Shown here in pieces: positions 13,814 through 27,649 of a stretch of DNA of 64,000 bases (position 1 is the stretch's first letter; each line of letters starts with the position of its first letter). The notes under the pieces are model-generated. The model was not told the origin of the DNA. It was given only the letters and a program-made list of their open reading frames with translations, and searched no databases. The DNA comes from Octopus vulgaris. Taxonomy: Eukaryota. A program made the position numbers and the translations under genes. Location of the stretch: NCBI GenBank assembly GCA_951406725.2, contig OX597834.1, positions 43,028,001 to 43,092,000 of the forward strand, in the 5' to 3' direction.

Positions 13814-14785
13814 ACATATATATATATATATATATATATAATACTTACATACATACATATGCATGTATGTGCGTATATAGAGCGAGAAAGATAGAGATAG
13901 AGAGGGTGCGAAAGATTATGTATAAATGAGATGCGACCATCCTTTTGTACATCTGTAGGTGACAATAATACAAACTTCTGTGACTTGAAAGAAGGAGATC
14001 AAACAGAAAGGATGGGGCTCGAACGAATCGGTAAAACAATTACAAATACCTCAATATTGGCAATAAATGTCTTAGTCTCAACTGAGACGGAAACAGATGA
14101 AGATGGTGAGGCAACTGTAAGCGAAAAACAGTGATGCAATTTCGGAGGTGAGAGGGACATGAAATGATCAAGTAGCCAACGGAAAAACGGGAAGAAAGAA
14201 AAAATTAGGGAAGAAAGGCTATAAGGAACGGGAGTGCCGGCTGCAGGACCAACAAAGTGGGAGGACGGAGAGAGAGATAGTGAGATAGAAAGTGTAAGGA
14301 AAATAGAGGTACAAAGTGATAGAGTAACTCATAGTCATTAACACACACACACACATACACAGACTGAGTCTTACAATCGCACACAGAAAAACAAGTTTAT
14401 TTAATTTTCTATACACGTTTCTTATTATCCTTATGATGATTATATTTAAGAATATGGATTCAAAGGAAAAATTCACACTTCTACATAAACACACACAAAC
14501 AGTCAAACATACACGAAAAACACTTATGTTCTCAAACCCCACTGTTAAGCATACATACATACATGCATATATACAAATATATGCAGTCACACATGTGGGT
14601 ATATGTATGTAAATATACACATGAAATATGCATATATAATATATATTCCTATATTACAAATTATACACTAATTTTATCTTTGAAAAGTATTTATATTATT
14701 TTTATGCACTAATGGAAAATTTCTGAAACCGGCTTATACCATTACATACAGAATTAAAAATACTTAATCAAGAATAAAGACATGC

Positions 14786-14843
<58 letters not shown>

Positions 14844-14884
14844 TTGCATAAATGCGCGCGAGCGCTTGCGTAATTCTGTATATC

Positions 14885-14956
<72 letters not shown>

Positions 14957-15912
14957 CATTCATACATGGGTGTGTGTGCGTTCGTGCATTTATAGTATAT
15001 ACACGCAAGAAACATTAGTATAATGAATATAAACGTATACATACATGTATGTATATATATATGTAGACGCATACAAATATTATATTGTTTTTTTTTTATA
15101 TGTGAGTGTGTGAAATTGTGCGTACGTGTGTACGTGTATGGTGTTCAGATATTTACATTTAAGTGTATAAATACAGATATACACACATAGGAGTTTCTAC
15201 GCATTCATAATCTAGTTTCTTTAGAGACATATTTCAAATTAAACACTATTACGAAACATTCACTGTATATGCTGTTGCTTTTCATATTCACATTGAAAAT
15301 ATACATCATTAAAATATATTCAAAACATACCATTTCTACATATTCAAAATAAATAGAATTCACTATATATTAATAAAAAAATAAATATTATAATCAGTAA
15401 CAAAATAACAACATTATTATATATGAAAATACATATACCAACTTCTCGGTTATTCAAAATATTCGCCATTACTACATTTATCAATAAATGGAAACTTTAC
15501 TGGATATTCAAAATATGTCGCATTACGAATACACATATATATTTTGTCGTTGTTTCCATTCTTAGTTTAGGCTCCATGAAAAAAAAAACAAAAAAAAAAA
15601 AACAAAAGAAAAACAAGACCAAAAAAATTAGCAAAAAGACGCCATTTTAGCGGCGGCTCTACTTTGGATGTGAAAAAGAGGGGTGCAATAATTATTCTTG
15701 ACATAAATCAAATTTTACATCTTTGAGTAGTTGTTTGAAGTCGACGATAACATTAGCAAGGATTCGATAACGATTGCGAAAAATGATCTTGCCAAAGAGA
15801 AGTTTTAAACACATTACATTACGCACAATATACACACACAATTTAAGCATATACATACATATACATATACATATATATATATATATACATATATATATAC
15901 ATATATATAAAC

Positions 15913-15957
<45 letters not shown>

Positions 15958-15960
15958 TAC

Positions 15961-15995
<35 letters not shown>

Positions 15996-16150
15996 TATAT
16001 AGACACATATATATAAATATATAATATATATATACATTTGTATATATATATATATATCTGTATGTGTGCTCTCAGGGAGTGTGGGAGAGAGGAACAAAAT
16101 CTATAAGTGAGGGGGAAATTACATATAAATGTATTCATACATTTCTAACA

Positions 16151-16203
<53 letters not shown>

Positions 16204-17329
16204 TGTATTTATGATTATATGCTTGTGTGCGTGAGTACGTGTGTATGGATGTGTGCGGAGTCGGAAATAGAGAAAGGGAGATGAAGATAGAGGGACGGAG
16301 AGAGAAAGAGAGTGAGGGAGAGAGAGAGTGGAGTGATAATAAATAGAGTGAGAGGCTAAATAAATAATGGAAGTGCAAATGTTTGTTTGATTGAAAGCTT
16401 TAAACTAAATGGCCCACTAATGGGATTTACCAATTACTAAAAGCAATCTCCTTCCCCCATCCCACCCACCCTCCTTGCAAATTAAACCATTAGCCCTTGC
16501 TGAAAGCCAAAACTAAGGGATGAAGAGTTAACTGCTTTTTTGTGTCTATTTTGATTTTCGTGCAGGAATATTTAAGGAATATATATAGTTTTGTCGTTAT
16601 CCAAAATATTTAGTTCTAGAATGGAAAAAGATGAAATAAATAAATATAGATATAAATAAATAAATATATAAAAAATTAACGTTTATTTTCATCTCTTTTT
16701 CACGTTCGTATGATTTATATTCATCAGAATATTAATTCCTGTAAATGAATCACATTTTTTTGTGTGTGTGTTTTGTTTGTTGTTTCTTATGTTATGTAGG
16801 CTAAATGGAATGGTTCACTCGAAATTCTATACAGTACAAGAGAAGGAAATGGAACTGCGATCATGTGAGGATGACTAATTGAAACATTAAATAGTTGTCA
16901 AATGCATGATATATGGTGATGGATTGTACGATGGAATCAGCAAAATGGTTTACTTTGAAAAAGAAATGACGATTTCTGATGTTTCGCATTGTTTTTGCAA
17001 TCAGCTCTTTACATTTCGCCCAGAGATATTGCATTTTTTTTTTCAAATACGATTAATAATGTCATGGTACATATTTTGAGGTTTTTTTATTTCTACAAAC
17101 ACACCCAGTAGTAAGACAGTCTTATCAAATGAGGATCGGCGGTTCAATCCATTTATCGGCACTTTGCTGAGTTTGAGAAGAAAAGGGCCCACAAACTCCA
17201 AATATCTCACTCTTTTGATGCAATGGATGCAATAACCGAAAGAGAAAATATTTAGTAAATTATGAGTTGATTTAGGGGAGGAGACAGGCATCATCTAGAT
17301 TATTCCGGCAATATTTATGTAACTATAAA

Positions 17330-17450
17330 TGGCGACGAGCTCACAGAATCGTTAACGGATCGGTAAAAATGTTTCTCGACATTTCTTCTGACATTCACTT
17401 TAGTACTTTCACCTCAGATTTACGTGGTTTTGATTACATTGGGGTCATCT
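17330..17450 (+). mobile_element. SINE group C, old fragment
   Basis: GGCGACGAGCTCACAGAATCGTTAAC resembles the group C head. Other decayed copies at 17925-18060(-) and 24985-25135(-). Confidence 0.55.
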
Positions 17451-18509
17451 TATACACTTATACACTTACACGCTTATATACTTCTTATACACATTTTATA
17501 CACTTATACACTTCCAACTCTCTTATTTCATTTTCTATATCTCATAGGCACAGGCGTGGTTGTGTGCTAAGAAGCTATTTTGATTTTATTTGCGGGACGA
17601 GATGAATAACATCTACCCCTTTATTTAGAATGTCATCATTTTCATTGGGTACTACACGATTTCAAAGCAGATCTGGTACATCTTGATAGAATTTTCAAGG
17701 GTGAAGACAATAAACACTTTGATTTTTGACAAAAGTTCTAGGAGAAGTGAATTCCACTTCATGAAATTAACGTGGAGTTGGCTGAATATTGCACAGGCTT
17801 GTGTAATTCCGGGCGTTAATTAGGCCAAATGAGAGTGAAATAACGCGAGTGATTGGAAAAACGAATTAGAGATACAATTCAGATATAGAGAGAAATCAGA
17901 GAGGAAAATATGAGTTCAATACTAGACTAGTTCTCTATTTATCAACCTTGAAAGGCGAAAGGTAAATGCAAATTCGTTAGGAGAGTTCGACTCAGAACAC
18001 AGGTAGCAAATTCAAAACGGCAAGGTAGTCTATCAGTCATCCTAACCATTCGACTAATTCTTTATCCATTGAGTTAATCATTCTGGCTATGTCTATTCCG
18101 TTTTCGTTTTGAGGTATAGTGTCTCCCAGGCTGCATTATACCAATACAATGAATCAATTAAAGGTCAGTAGCATGTAGTCTGGGGTCATCTTTGGCTGAT
18201 ATCTCTAGAACATCAATTGACTGTAAAGATGTTCCCGCTTTGGTTCATGTTGCTTGTTGCTTGTTACGGTGTTTGACTCATGCAAGAGGAATTATTATCC
18301 ACAGCAGGGAAGGTGTTGTAGCGAAGTACTTCTGTAGTATTTTTTTAAGTAAAAATACGAGCTGATCTAGTTACAGTTGCCAAAATACACCGCAGATATT
18401 CGACAATTATAGGACATCCAGTTTGTACGTCTTCAAAGAGCCAATGTAGATATTTCTATGTGAGTTAATGCGCTTTCATTAGCAGCATATTCTTCCTCAA
18501 ACACACGCT

Positions 18510-20122
18510 ATTAGGCTGGAAAAAGTATCCTTTTACCTGTTTCATTGAATCATTTTGAGGGTACATTTTCAATAGTTACATTTAAAAAAGCATTAAGTTT
18601 TACCCGCTAATTTCTTTCTCTTTCATTGCAGATTACTGTATATCATGGAGATTAAATAGCCATCGATTTTATCTCAATTTAAAAATGAATTTAGATCAAG
18701 CTTTTATCGGACAAAGCATGAGATATGAATTCGGAAGCAGCTTTTCCACATTCGAAGCAAAAGCGAAATATTTATTTTCTCTATGGAAATCAAACTTTAT
18801 GCACCCTGATTTTTCCAGACTTGCCGACGATATGTTAGTCAGTTTCACTTGGGAAATTCCATTTACGCACATTCCTCTCGATCTGGATGACTTAAGCCTG
18901 TCACTATTGAAATTATGACAACTTTAGTTGAAGAACATCCAAAGCAGGATCTACCAATATTAACAAAAGAGTCCAGTTAAAGATACACATCTATCATTAA
19001 ACATATTCATTAACTAGGTAAAGTGTCCGAACGTGTTGTGAGATCCCTCATCATCTGAATGCTTCTCCGCTTAATCAATATTTTCTGGAGTAGAATCCCC
19101 ACAAGTGGTGTCTCTATAATCATGTCGAACCAAAACGCAATGGTTAGTACCAAATCAAAGAGGAGAATCCATTCTCAAGCCAAGGCAACAGCCACAAAAA
19201 TGATACTCTGTTTTGGGGTGGAATATGAAGGGTGTTGGCTTTCTTGAAATGTTAAACCAAAGCGAAACAGTTCATCCTGAAATGCATTATCGTAAATTGA
19301 AGGCTTTGTCCAATTAGATCAATCGTAAAAGCGTGTTACTCTTTCATGATAATGCTCGATCACATATCGCCCTAGTCACTCAGGACGCGATTGTGGCACT
19401 ACATTCGTTTATTCTTTTACTGGTTTCAGTCATGTGACTGTGGCCATGCAGGGGCACCGCCTTTAGTCGAGCAAATCGACCTCAGGACTTATTCTTTGTA
19501 AGCCTAGTACTTATTCTTTTGCCGAACCGCTAAGTTACGAGGACATAAACACACTAGCATCGGTTGTCAAGCGATGTTGGGGAACAGACGCAGACACACA
19601 AACATATATACACACATACATCTATCTATATATATTTATACATATATATGATGGGCTTCTTTCAGTTTCCGTCTACCAAATCCACTCACACGGCTTTGGT
19701 CGGCCTGAGGCTATGGTAGTAGACACTTACCCAAGGTGCTACGCAGTGGAACTGAACCCGGAACCATGTGGTTCGTAAGCAAGCTTATTACCACACAGCC
19801 AATCCTTATGAAATATTCTTTCCTACTCCACAGTTTCTTGACCTTGTTCCATTTGATTATCATCTTGATAGATTATTGCAACATTATTTTGAGGGGAAAA
19901 CAATTTATTAATTGTGAAGAGGTTACAAAATTATTTTGAATATTTCTTTGGCTCGAGACCTGCGGAATTCTACGCTTGATGGATCAACAATTTGTCAAAT
20001 AGAATGGTATAAATTACACATAATAATGGGAAATATCTTGATTAAATATATTAATTAATGCCAATGAAGCATTTGTATCATTCCTATTTTGAAATGCGAC
20101 AAAAATTTGCTTTCATCCAAAT
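18510..20122 (+). mobile_element. Mariner (DD34D-type) transposon fossil, interrupted by a SINE
   Basis: Frameshifted translation gives MRYEF..., IPHHL (WVPHEL-like), KWCLYNH..., KMILCF..WNMKG, VLLFHDNARSH, then after the SINE DLVPFDYHL...GKQFINCEEV...NGKYLD*. Multiple stops; termini uncertain. Confidence 0.88.
19408..19806 (-). mobile_element. SINE group A nested in mariner fossil
   Basis: Near full-length copy lying between the HDNARSH and DLVPFDYHL motifs. Confidence 0.92.
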
Positions 20123-21376
20123 ACTTCTGTTGCAGATAAACATTCTATAATGTGATATTGTATATATGATAAACAGTGTAGTCATGGCTGGTAATTCCCT
20201 TTGATTACAGGTCTTATTCTATCTGGTGGGAAATGGGATAAGCTGCTCAATGGTTTTGCAGGTTTCATTCTCCTGTAGGTCTGTGAAAAATGTGGAATAA
20301 TTTCCTCATGTGACCGAAACTGTTAGTTTTAGTTCATTAGGAATGTTTGGGAACATTTTTGTGATGGCCGCCATTAAGAGATCTCATTCTCTCCACCGAC
20401 GCAACCGTTGTTTCCACTGGACTAACTAATATATAAGTTGTTCTGGTGGTTGTAAAGAGACCGTTTCTTATTATAAACATGCTGTTATAAATACAAATTC
20501 GATTTCCTTTGATGCTTTGCGTACAACAAACATATCGTTACGATGTGTGCGTATGCATGTATCCATGTATATATATATATATATATATATATATGGATGT
20601 GTTTATATACACACATATATACATATATGAATGTATGTACATATGATATGATATAATTATATATATATATATAATTATATACATGTATATATATGCATAT
20701 ATATATATACAAATATATATCCACACATAAATGTATATGTATGCATATTTATATACATACACATACGCACACATATATGTATATATCTGCCTAGATATAA
20801 ACATACACACGCACAAACACACACACACACACACATATACGCATCATATTGAACGATGAGTATAAAATGTTGAATGATAGATAATAAAGTGGGGAGTCTA
20901 GTTATGTAAATGAGAATGGACGACAGTATAAAACGATATTTATTGGGGAGACATTTGTTTCTAGGCTTTTGTAATCCGTTATTATGATAGGATGACGTAT
21001 ATTGTGTCCAAATACGTTCTGTGATGAAGAAAATTTCTCGCACAGTATTATGATAGCTAGTTTGTAATCACTATATTCAATATTTATTATTTCGTTGATT
21101 CTATTCCTAATGTGTAACTGTATACACAAAGTCCTTTACTAATCGTTGGTGGAAACTATTTACGCAAGCACAATAAATCTTTGCATTGTGCTTCACCAAT
21201 TTTTATGTCATTCTCTAACTATTGAACGTAAATTTGATTGATTAATTTATGTTCCTGTTCTACCTTTGATCCTACTTCCGACGACTACAGATCATATTAG
21301 CAGAATAATCGGCCATGCTAGTGTCGATTCCATATCATTTATCAGATGTTTTAGTCAATACAAGTCTCTTATATCA

Positions 21377-21408
<32 letters not shown>

Positions 21409-21419
21409 GCATATGTATA

Positions 21420-21477
<58 letters not shown>

Positions 21478-22102
21478 TATGTATTGTAGTACAAACGAAA
21501 GCAAACAACGCATACTAGAATGGTTGCTTTTTCTGCTTCTGTTGTGGCATATCTACTATGGCGGTGATTTGTATAACATTTCTTCTGGTAGTAAAATAAG
21601 TGCAAACAATATAAACGCGTCTTTCGTAATATATTTTACAGTCATAGTCTGTGTAGTTATTCGCTTTCGTTGTAATAATAAATATCAGTCAATGCATCAA
21701 TGATCCAAAGAACAGATTCAACCTATTAGCAACTGAATTGTCGTTTGTGATGTTTAACCCATGCCAGCCTCGATACGGCAGGCCTATGAACAAAAGACTT
21801 TCTAGCCATGACCATCTCTTGAGTTATATTCAAAATTATTTTCTGTCTGAAAACGCTTGGCTAACAGAACACAGTCTCAAAATTTTCACAGTCAAGGAGC
21901 CTTTCTGTTTAAAGAAATTTCTATAAATTCTCACCCCGAAATTCCTTGCTCTTCGCGTCTCAAACTTTGGCTACTTCGACGTGCTCCAACGGCATATGCT
22001 CCGTCATCTGAGCTGATCTTTCCCCGGTTTTTGAAAAGCATGTCGAGTGATTAGGTCGATTCTATTGCCTAACAATGGATTTTTTCCTACTTTCATCAAT
22101 AC

Positions 22103-22178
<76 letters not shown>

Positions 22179-22194
22179 CCTATCTACCTATCTA

Positions 22195-22301
<107 letters not shown>

Positions 22302-22371
22302 TTAGCTATATATCTATCTATCTATCACTTTATATATATATATATATGTATACATATATATATATATTTCT

Positions 22372-22802
22372 TCTATTTTTTTTATTCTTTTACGTGTTTC
22401 AGTCATTTGACTACGGCCATACTGAAGCACGAACTTTAGTCGAACAAATTGACCTCAGGGCTTATTATTTATAAGCCTAGTAGGTATTCCTTTGGTGATA
22501 TTTTGCCGAACCACTAAAAACAGGGAAGTAAACACACCAACATCGGTTGTCAATTGATGGCAGGAGAACAAACACAGACACAAATAACAAATATATACAT
22601 GCACATATGTATTATATATAAATACATATATATTTACGACGGGCTTCTTTCATTTTCCCACTACGAAATCCACTCCCAGGGATTTGGTCGGCCCGACACT
22701 ATAGTAGAAGACACTTGCCCAAGGAACCGTGCAGTGAGACGACTGAACCGGAACCATGTGATTGGGAAGCAAGCTTCTTGCGACACAGCCACTCCTGCGC
22801 CT
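22372..22802 (-). mobile_element. SINE group A, full length
   Basis: Ends CACAGCCACTCCTGCGCC (reverse complement of the head); colinear with other copies. Confidence 0.92.
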
Positions 22803-22809
22803 ATATATA

Positions 22810-22872
<63 letters not shown>

Positions 22873-22973
22873 TTCAACCTATTTTCATTTATTTACAATC
22901 TTATAATATATATTATCATATATTATATATAAAATAAAATGATATATAAATATTCATTCTGATAATATACTTT

Positions 22974-23123
22974 CATTGAATTCTGCAATCTTCGGGTTCA
23001 TGTAGTAGTGTTGACAGTCATGCTTCACAATTTTTGACTGCAAAAATTTGACTTCACAGTCAAAAATTGTGAAGCATGACTGTCAACACTACTACATGAA
23101 CCCGAAGATTGCAGAATTCAATG
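22974..23123. repeat. Perfect inverted repeat: 67-bp arms, 16-nt loop
   Basis: 22974-23040 is the exact reverse complement of 23057-23123; degenerate outer arms extend to about 22870 and 23262. Confidence 0.95.
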
Positions 23124-23300
23124 CATGATACTAGTTCAATCAGAATGAATATTTAACATTCTACTATTTCATTTTATTTTATTCAATTATAATATATTAT
23201 CTTATAATATATCATTATAAGATTGTAAATAAAACGTGAAAATCAGACAAGGTTGGAATTCTTTTTATTAATATTTTCTTCTATACACAATCACACACAC

Positions 23301-23352
<52 letters not shown>

Positions 23353-23355
<3 letters not shown>

Positions 23356-23567
23356 GTAAATCCCCCCAAAAGACAACGAAGAACAAACACAAAAAAAACA
23401 ACAACATGAGGACGTGTCTCATGCAAAGTATTAGTAGACGCTGAAGGAAGGAAAGAAAGCTAGTTTCACGTTTCGAGCAAAGCTCTTCGTCAGAAACAGG
23501 AGACGGAGGAATTTCCGAGAGAAAAGGAAGACGGACGAAAAAAAATCACCAACAATCCCCATGTGGA
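23353..23567 (-). mobile_element. Short PLE-like repeat, family E, with hammerhead fold (23463-23497)
   Basis: Minus strand GUUU CUGACGA AGAGC UUU GCUC GAAA CGUG AAAC; shares GTATTAGTA..ACGCT and the CCAAC.ATC end with family D. Confidence 0.7.
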
Positions 23568-24420
23568 TATATATGATTTTAAAATGCTTTTTTTAACTCA
23601 CCTACATTGTTGCTTGTTCAAAATATGTCCTCTTTCTTTTAATAAATACACATTATCTCTCTTGACAGATTATTATTATTTTTCTTTTGCAGTTATTGAA
23701 CCGCACAACATCTCCGACTGAGCATACATTTTCCTGGAAACCAGTTCCTGACCATCCCATTGTATTTTTCTCCCTGTAATATTGTATCTAAGATTACATT
23801 ATACGAATCGCTTACCATAATTGAGAGCAATTTAAGGCCATCGCGTCACCACATACAGGCCTCTGTTGCTCAACTCTGTTTTTATATATAACACTAAAGA
23901 AAACGTAACGCTATAATTTGCACAAGAATTCGTATCTCAAGATGCAATCACAAAACAAAGAAATTAGAAACGGTGAAACAATTGATTCAATTTCCAACTT
24001 ATTTTCAAGAAAATCACATGAATTCCAACTATTGTTTTTTTCAACATTATTCTTTAAAGGTGTTAAGTGAGTTTATACATCCTTAATATATTCAAATGTG
24101 TAAATAAGGAAAAAGTAAAGCTGCTTTCAGTGGCGACAAGTTGCAAGTCTATTGTTTCTTTAGAGATGCAAAGACGTTTAAAATTTGTTTAAATAGTCAG
24201 GTAGGGTAGACCACATGTAAATCAACTAGTAATTCTACCCGTATTTGAATTTGAAAGCGTGATACAGGTTAATATGAGTAAAAAAAAATAATAAATAAAT
24301 AAAATGAGAAAAAACAAATAACAAGAAACATACATAAACATAAATACATACACGCACACTTATATATACTTATATATGTACGAGTATATAATATCTGAGT
24401 GTAGTTGTGCGTATGTATGA

Positions 24421-24477
<57 letters not shown>

Positions 24478-24862
24478 CATACATATATATGTATAGGAAA
24501 ATTATTTAATCTTACAAAAAATATTTGAAGATGAAGTTGGAATGTAGTATTATAATGTAAATCTTCGTGAATAAAATGTGGTCATTTTGAGAAAATTCCT
24601 GCGAATCTAGGTACAATTCTATGCAAAATATATATAATTTAAAAGAATTGAAATTCTCTCTCATGTTGATTACTTAGATGCCTGGGCTGTCGTTTGAAGT
24701 TTCTTTAATGCATTACTGCATGAAGTTAGAGAGAGAGAGAAATAAAGAGAAAGAGAGTGTGTGTGAGCGATAGAGAGAAAGAGAGAGAGGGGGGAGAGAG
24801 ACGAAGCACATACAAAATGGAAGTAGTTACGGTGTCTGAAAGCGAGTAATGTGAGCGTTCGT

Positions 24863-24905
24863 ATACACGAGGTCTGGTCAATAAGTATCCGGATTGTTAT
24901 TATGT
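24863..24905 (+). mobile_element. Isolated mariner-type terminal inverted repeat fragment
   Basis: TACACGAGGTCTGGTCAATAAGTATCCGGATTG resembles mariner TA-CGAGG TIR starts; no partner end found. Confidence 0.4.
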
Positions 24906-25290
24906 TTTCTGTGTTTGTTTGTAACATTTCTTCACTTATCGTAAGTTCAGCATCCTGAAATTTGTAAGAGGACGGTTGTATTAGTATTTCCTCAACACCA
25001 GTAATCCACTGGTACTTATCTTATCTCTGTCGAAGCGATGAAAGTCAGAAGTCGACCACAAAGGAATTTACAGTAAGAATGTGGAGCCTGAAGAAATTCC
25101 GTAAAGTATTTTGACCGATGCGCTAAAGTTATGCGAGAGCAAAATATTAGTAAAACCCAAAAGTACTTAAAGGGAGAGAGACACACTCAAACAATTGAAA
25201 AAATAAAAAAAGAAAGAAAGAAACAGTCGCATACACACAACGCATACATGTGAGTATGTATGGGTGTGTGTGTGTATGTGTTTATCATCA

Positions 25291-25691
25291 TTATTCTTTT
25301 CTACTCTAGGCGCAAGGCCCGCAATTTTGGGGAAGGGGACCAGTCGATTAGATCAAACCCAGTCCGCAACTGGTACTTAATTTATCGACCCCGAAAGGAT
25401 TAAATGTGAAGTCGACATCGGCGGAATTTGAACTCAGAACGTAAAGACAGTCGAAATACCTAGTTCTTTACTACCCACAAGGGGCTAAACACAGTGGGGA
25501 CAGACAAGGACAGACAAACGGATTAAATCGATTTCATCGATACCAGTGCGTAACTGGTACTTAATTTATCGACCCCGAAAGGATGAACGGCAAAGTCGAC
25601 CTCGGTAGAATTTGAACTCAGTACGTAACGGCAGACGAAATACAGCTACGCATTTCACCCGGCGCGCTAACGTTTCTGTCAGCTCGCCGCC
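25291..25691 (-). mobile_element. SINE group C, internally duplicated (two cores, two different tails)
   Basis: ACTGGTACTTAATTTATCGACCCCGAAAGGAT occurs twice, about 184 bp apart. Confidence 0.92.
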
Positions 25692-25692
25692 G

Positions 25693-25820
<128 letters not shown>

Positions 25821-26499
25821 AACATGTATATGTTTGTGTGTGTATTTTGCGGTTGATTTTCGAAATATATTTGATGAGCGTGGTTTGTGTGTGTAATGAA
25901 GAGGGTTTAGTTTTTGTGATTGTCATTTTGAAATCGTTTCTGTTGTGGTCATTGTTCTTCTTGATGATGTTAATTACTCGAACTTGTGTTTTTAACTGGT
26001 ATTGTTCTTGTTTTATGTTGGATATAAATGATTGCCATTTTTCTGTGATTTTTTTGAAGTTCTATTGTATGTCCATTTCCTTCTTCAGTTGTTTGATGGT
26101 GAATTATATCTCTGGCGTGTGTGCTTTCTGTGTTCTTTTTGTGTTCTTTTTGTTTTTTTCTGGTTTGTCTTTTATTATTTTAGCTATTTATGGTGTCTAA
26201 TTGGGATTGTGTGTTTTATGTCACCTTTGGGAATATGTTTTTGATGTGCTTATAATAATATTTTAAATACATCTATCGCAATGTCTACGTTGGTAATCAT
26301 CGAGAGGTTTTATTCTAAAAATCTCAATTCTGTTTCTGAAGAGTGTTCTTGTGTTCTTCATTGATGTGCTCAATGATGGTCGTTACGATGATATTTGATG
26401 GACAATTCCCATAAAGTCAGGTGAATCGGATGCCAAGTAGTAGGATCCTAGTTGTGGGAAACAGAAAGCGGTGTCTGAGGAAGGGTTGTGGTTGCTGTT

Positions 26500-26877
26500 T
26501 CTTTGTTTATTTGTTTGTTGAGCGAAGCGGTCTTCGTCCTGGTGGGAGAAGTCCGAAACGTGGTCCTTTGCTATTCGTAAGACCCGCAGAAGAAAAAGCA
26601 GGTCAACCCCGGACAGCGAGAGCATCAACAGGTGGATGAATGCGCATCCAGGCTCAGCGGTTGCGTAGGAAGTCGGGGACAAGAAACAGGAAGAAAGAGT
26701 GAGAGAAAGTTGGAGCGAAAGGGTAAAACAGGGGTCACCACCACCCACTGCCGGAGCCTCGTGGAGCTTTAGGTGTTTTCGCTCAATAAACACACACTAC
26801 GCTCGGTCTGGGTATCGAAACTGCGATCCTCCGACCGCGTGTCCGCTGCCCTAACCATTGGGTCATTGCACCTCTAC
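26500..26877 (-). mobile_element. tRNA-derived SINE, group B2, full length
   Basis: Head TGACCCAATGGTTAGGGCAGCGGAC...GTTTCGATACCC; body matches 5440-5651; (ACAA)n-like tail at about 26500-26520. Confidence 0.82.
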
Positions 26878-27115
26878 TGTTGTTGCTGTCTTTGCGACGT
26901 ACGCGTGCGTGTTAGACAAGATTATTTAGAATATAGGAAGTTTAGTTACTATGATATTGCTTAAACTCTCTTTGCTCTGTATGCTATTTGAAATCCACAG
27001 GTGTTGTGTCTGTTGAAGTCTCTAACCACGTTTGTTTTAATGAAAGGGTTACAGCCATTTTACTAGGTAGTGTAATCTGGAGGAACGGCTGAAAAATATC
27101 AGCTCTTGTGTGTAT

Positions 27116-27445
27116 GTTATTTACATTTGACGGATATCTGACCTAATCTTGTTTGTTGTTAACACAACGTTTCGGTTGATATACCCTCCAGCCTTCATCA
27201 GGTGTCTTGGGGAAATTTCGAACCTGGGTTCTCATTCCTAAGGTAATAAAAAAAGCAATAAATAAAAAATAAAAAATAATAATAACATCGAAACATACCA
27301 TAGGAATGAGAACCTTGATGAAAGCTGGAGGGTAAATCAGCCGAAACGTTCTGTTAACAACAAGCAAAATGAGTACAAATATCCGTCAAATGTAAATAAT
27401 ATAAATAATGTTCATAATTCCTCCTCTCTTAAATAAAGAACTGTA
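27116..27445. mobile_element. PLE-type inverted pseudo-LTR cassette with two hammerhead motifs and an 11-bp TSD
   Basis: 27117-27245 is inverted relative to 27296-27399; flanked by CTTGTGTGTAT at 27105-27115 and 27446-27456. Confidence 0.85.
27161..27206 (-). ncRNA. Minimal type-I hammerhead ribozyme motif
   Basis: GACAC CUGAUGA AGGCUG(GAGGGUAUAU)CAACC GAAA CGU U GUGUU: stem I GACAC/GUGUU, canonical core, stem II with one mismatch, palindromic ACGU stem III, GUU site. Confidence 0.75.
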
Positions 27446-27649
27446 CTTGTGTGTATATTTATTATAAAATGTGCTCAGTGTGGCCACTTATTTATTTTGA
27501 ACGTCTGAGATTCTCGCGAAGTGTCGTCTCTTGGTAATTTTCGAATATGTTATCTACCTAGTGAATCAGAGTTTTTATATCTGATATAAGATTAGTGCTG
27601 CTTTGAAAGTGTTTCTCTTTTCTGATGTGAATAGAACTTAGAATGGTAG

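Noticed and set aside
16861-17320. LINE C-terminal remnant on the minus strand
   Set aside because: Only vague resemblance (QYLW); no RT or CCHC motif.
26538-26572. Hammerhead-like CUGGUG GGA GAAG UCC GAAAC GUG GUC on the plus strand
   Set aside because: Core lacks A6/A9, there is no stem I pairing, and it lies in a SINE tail.
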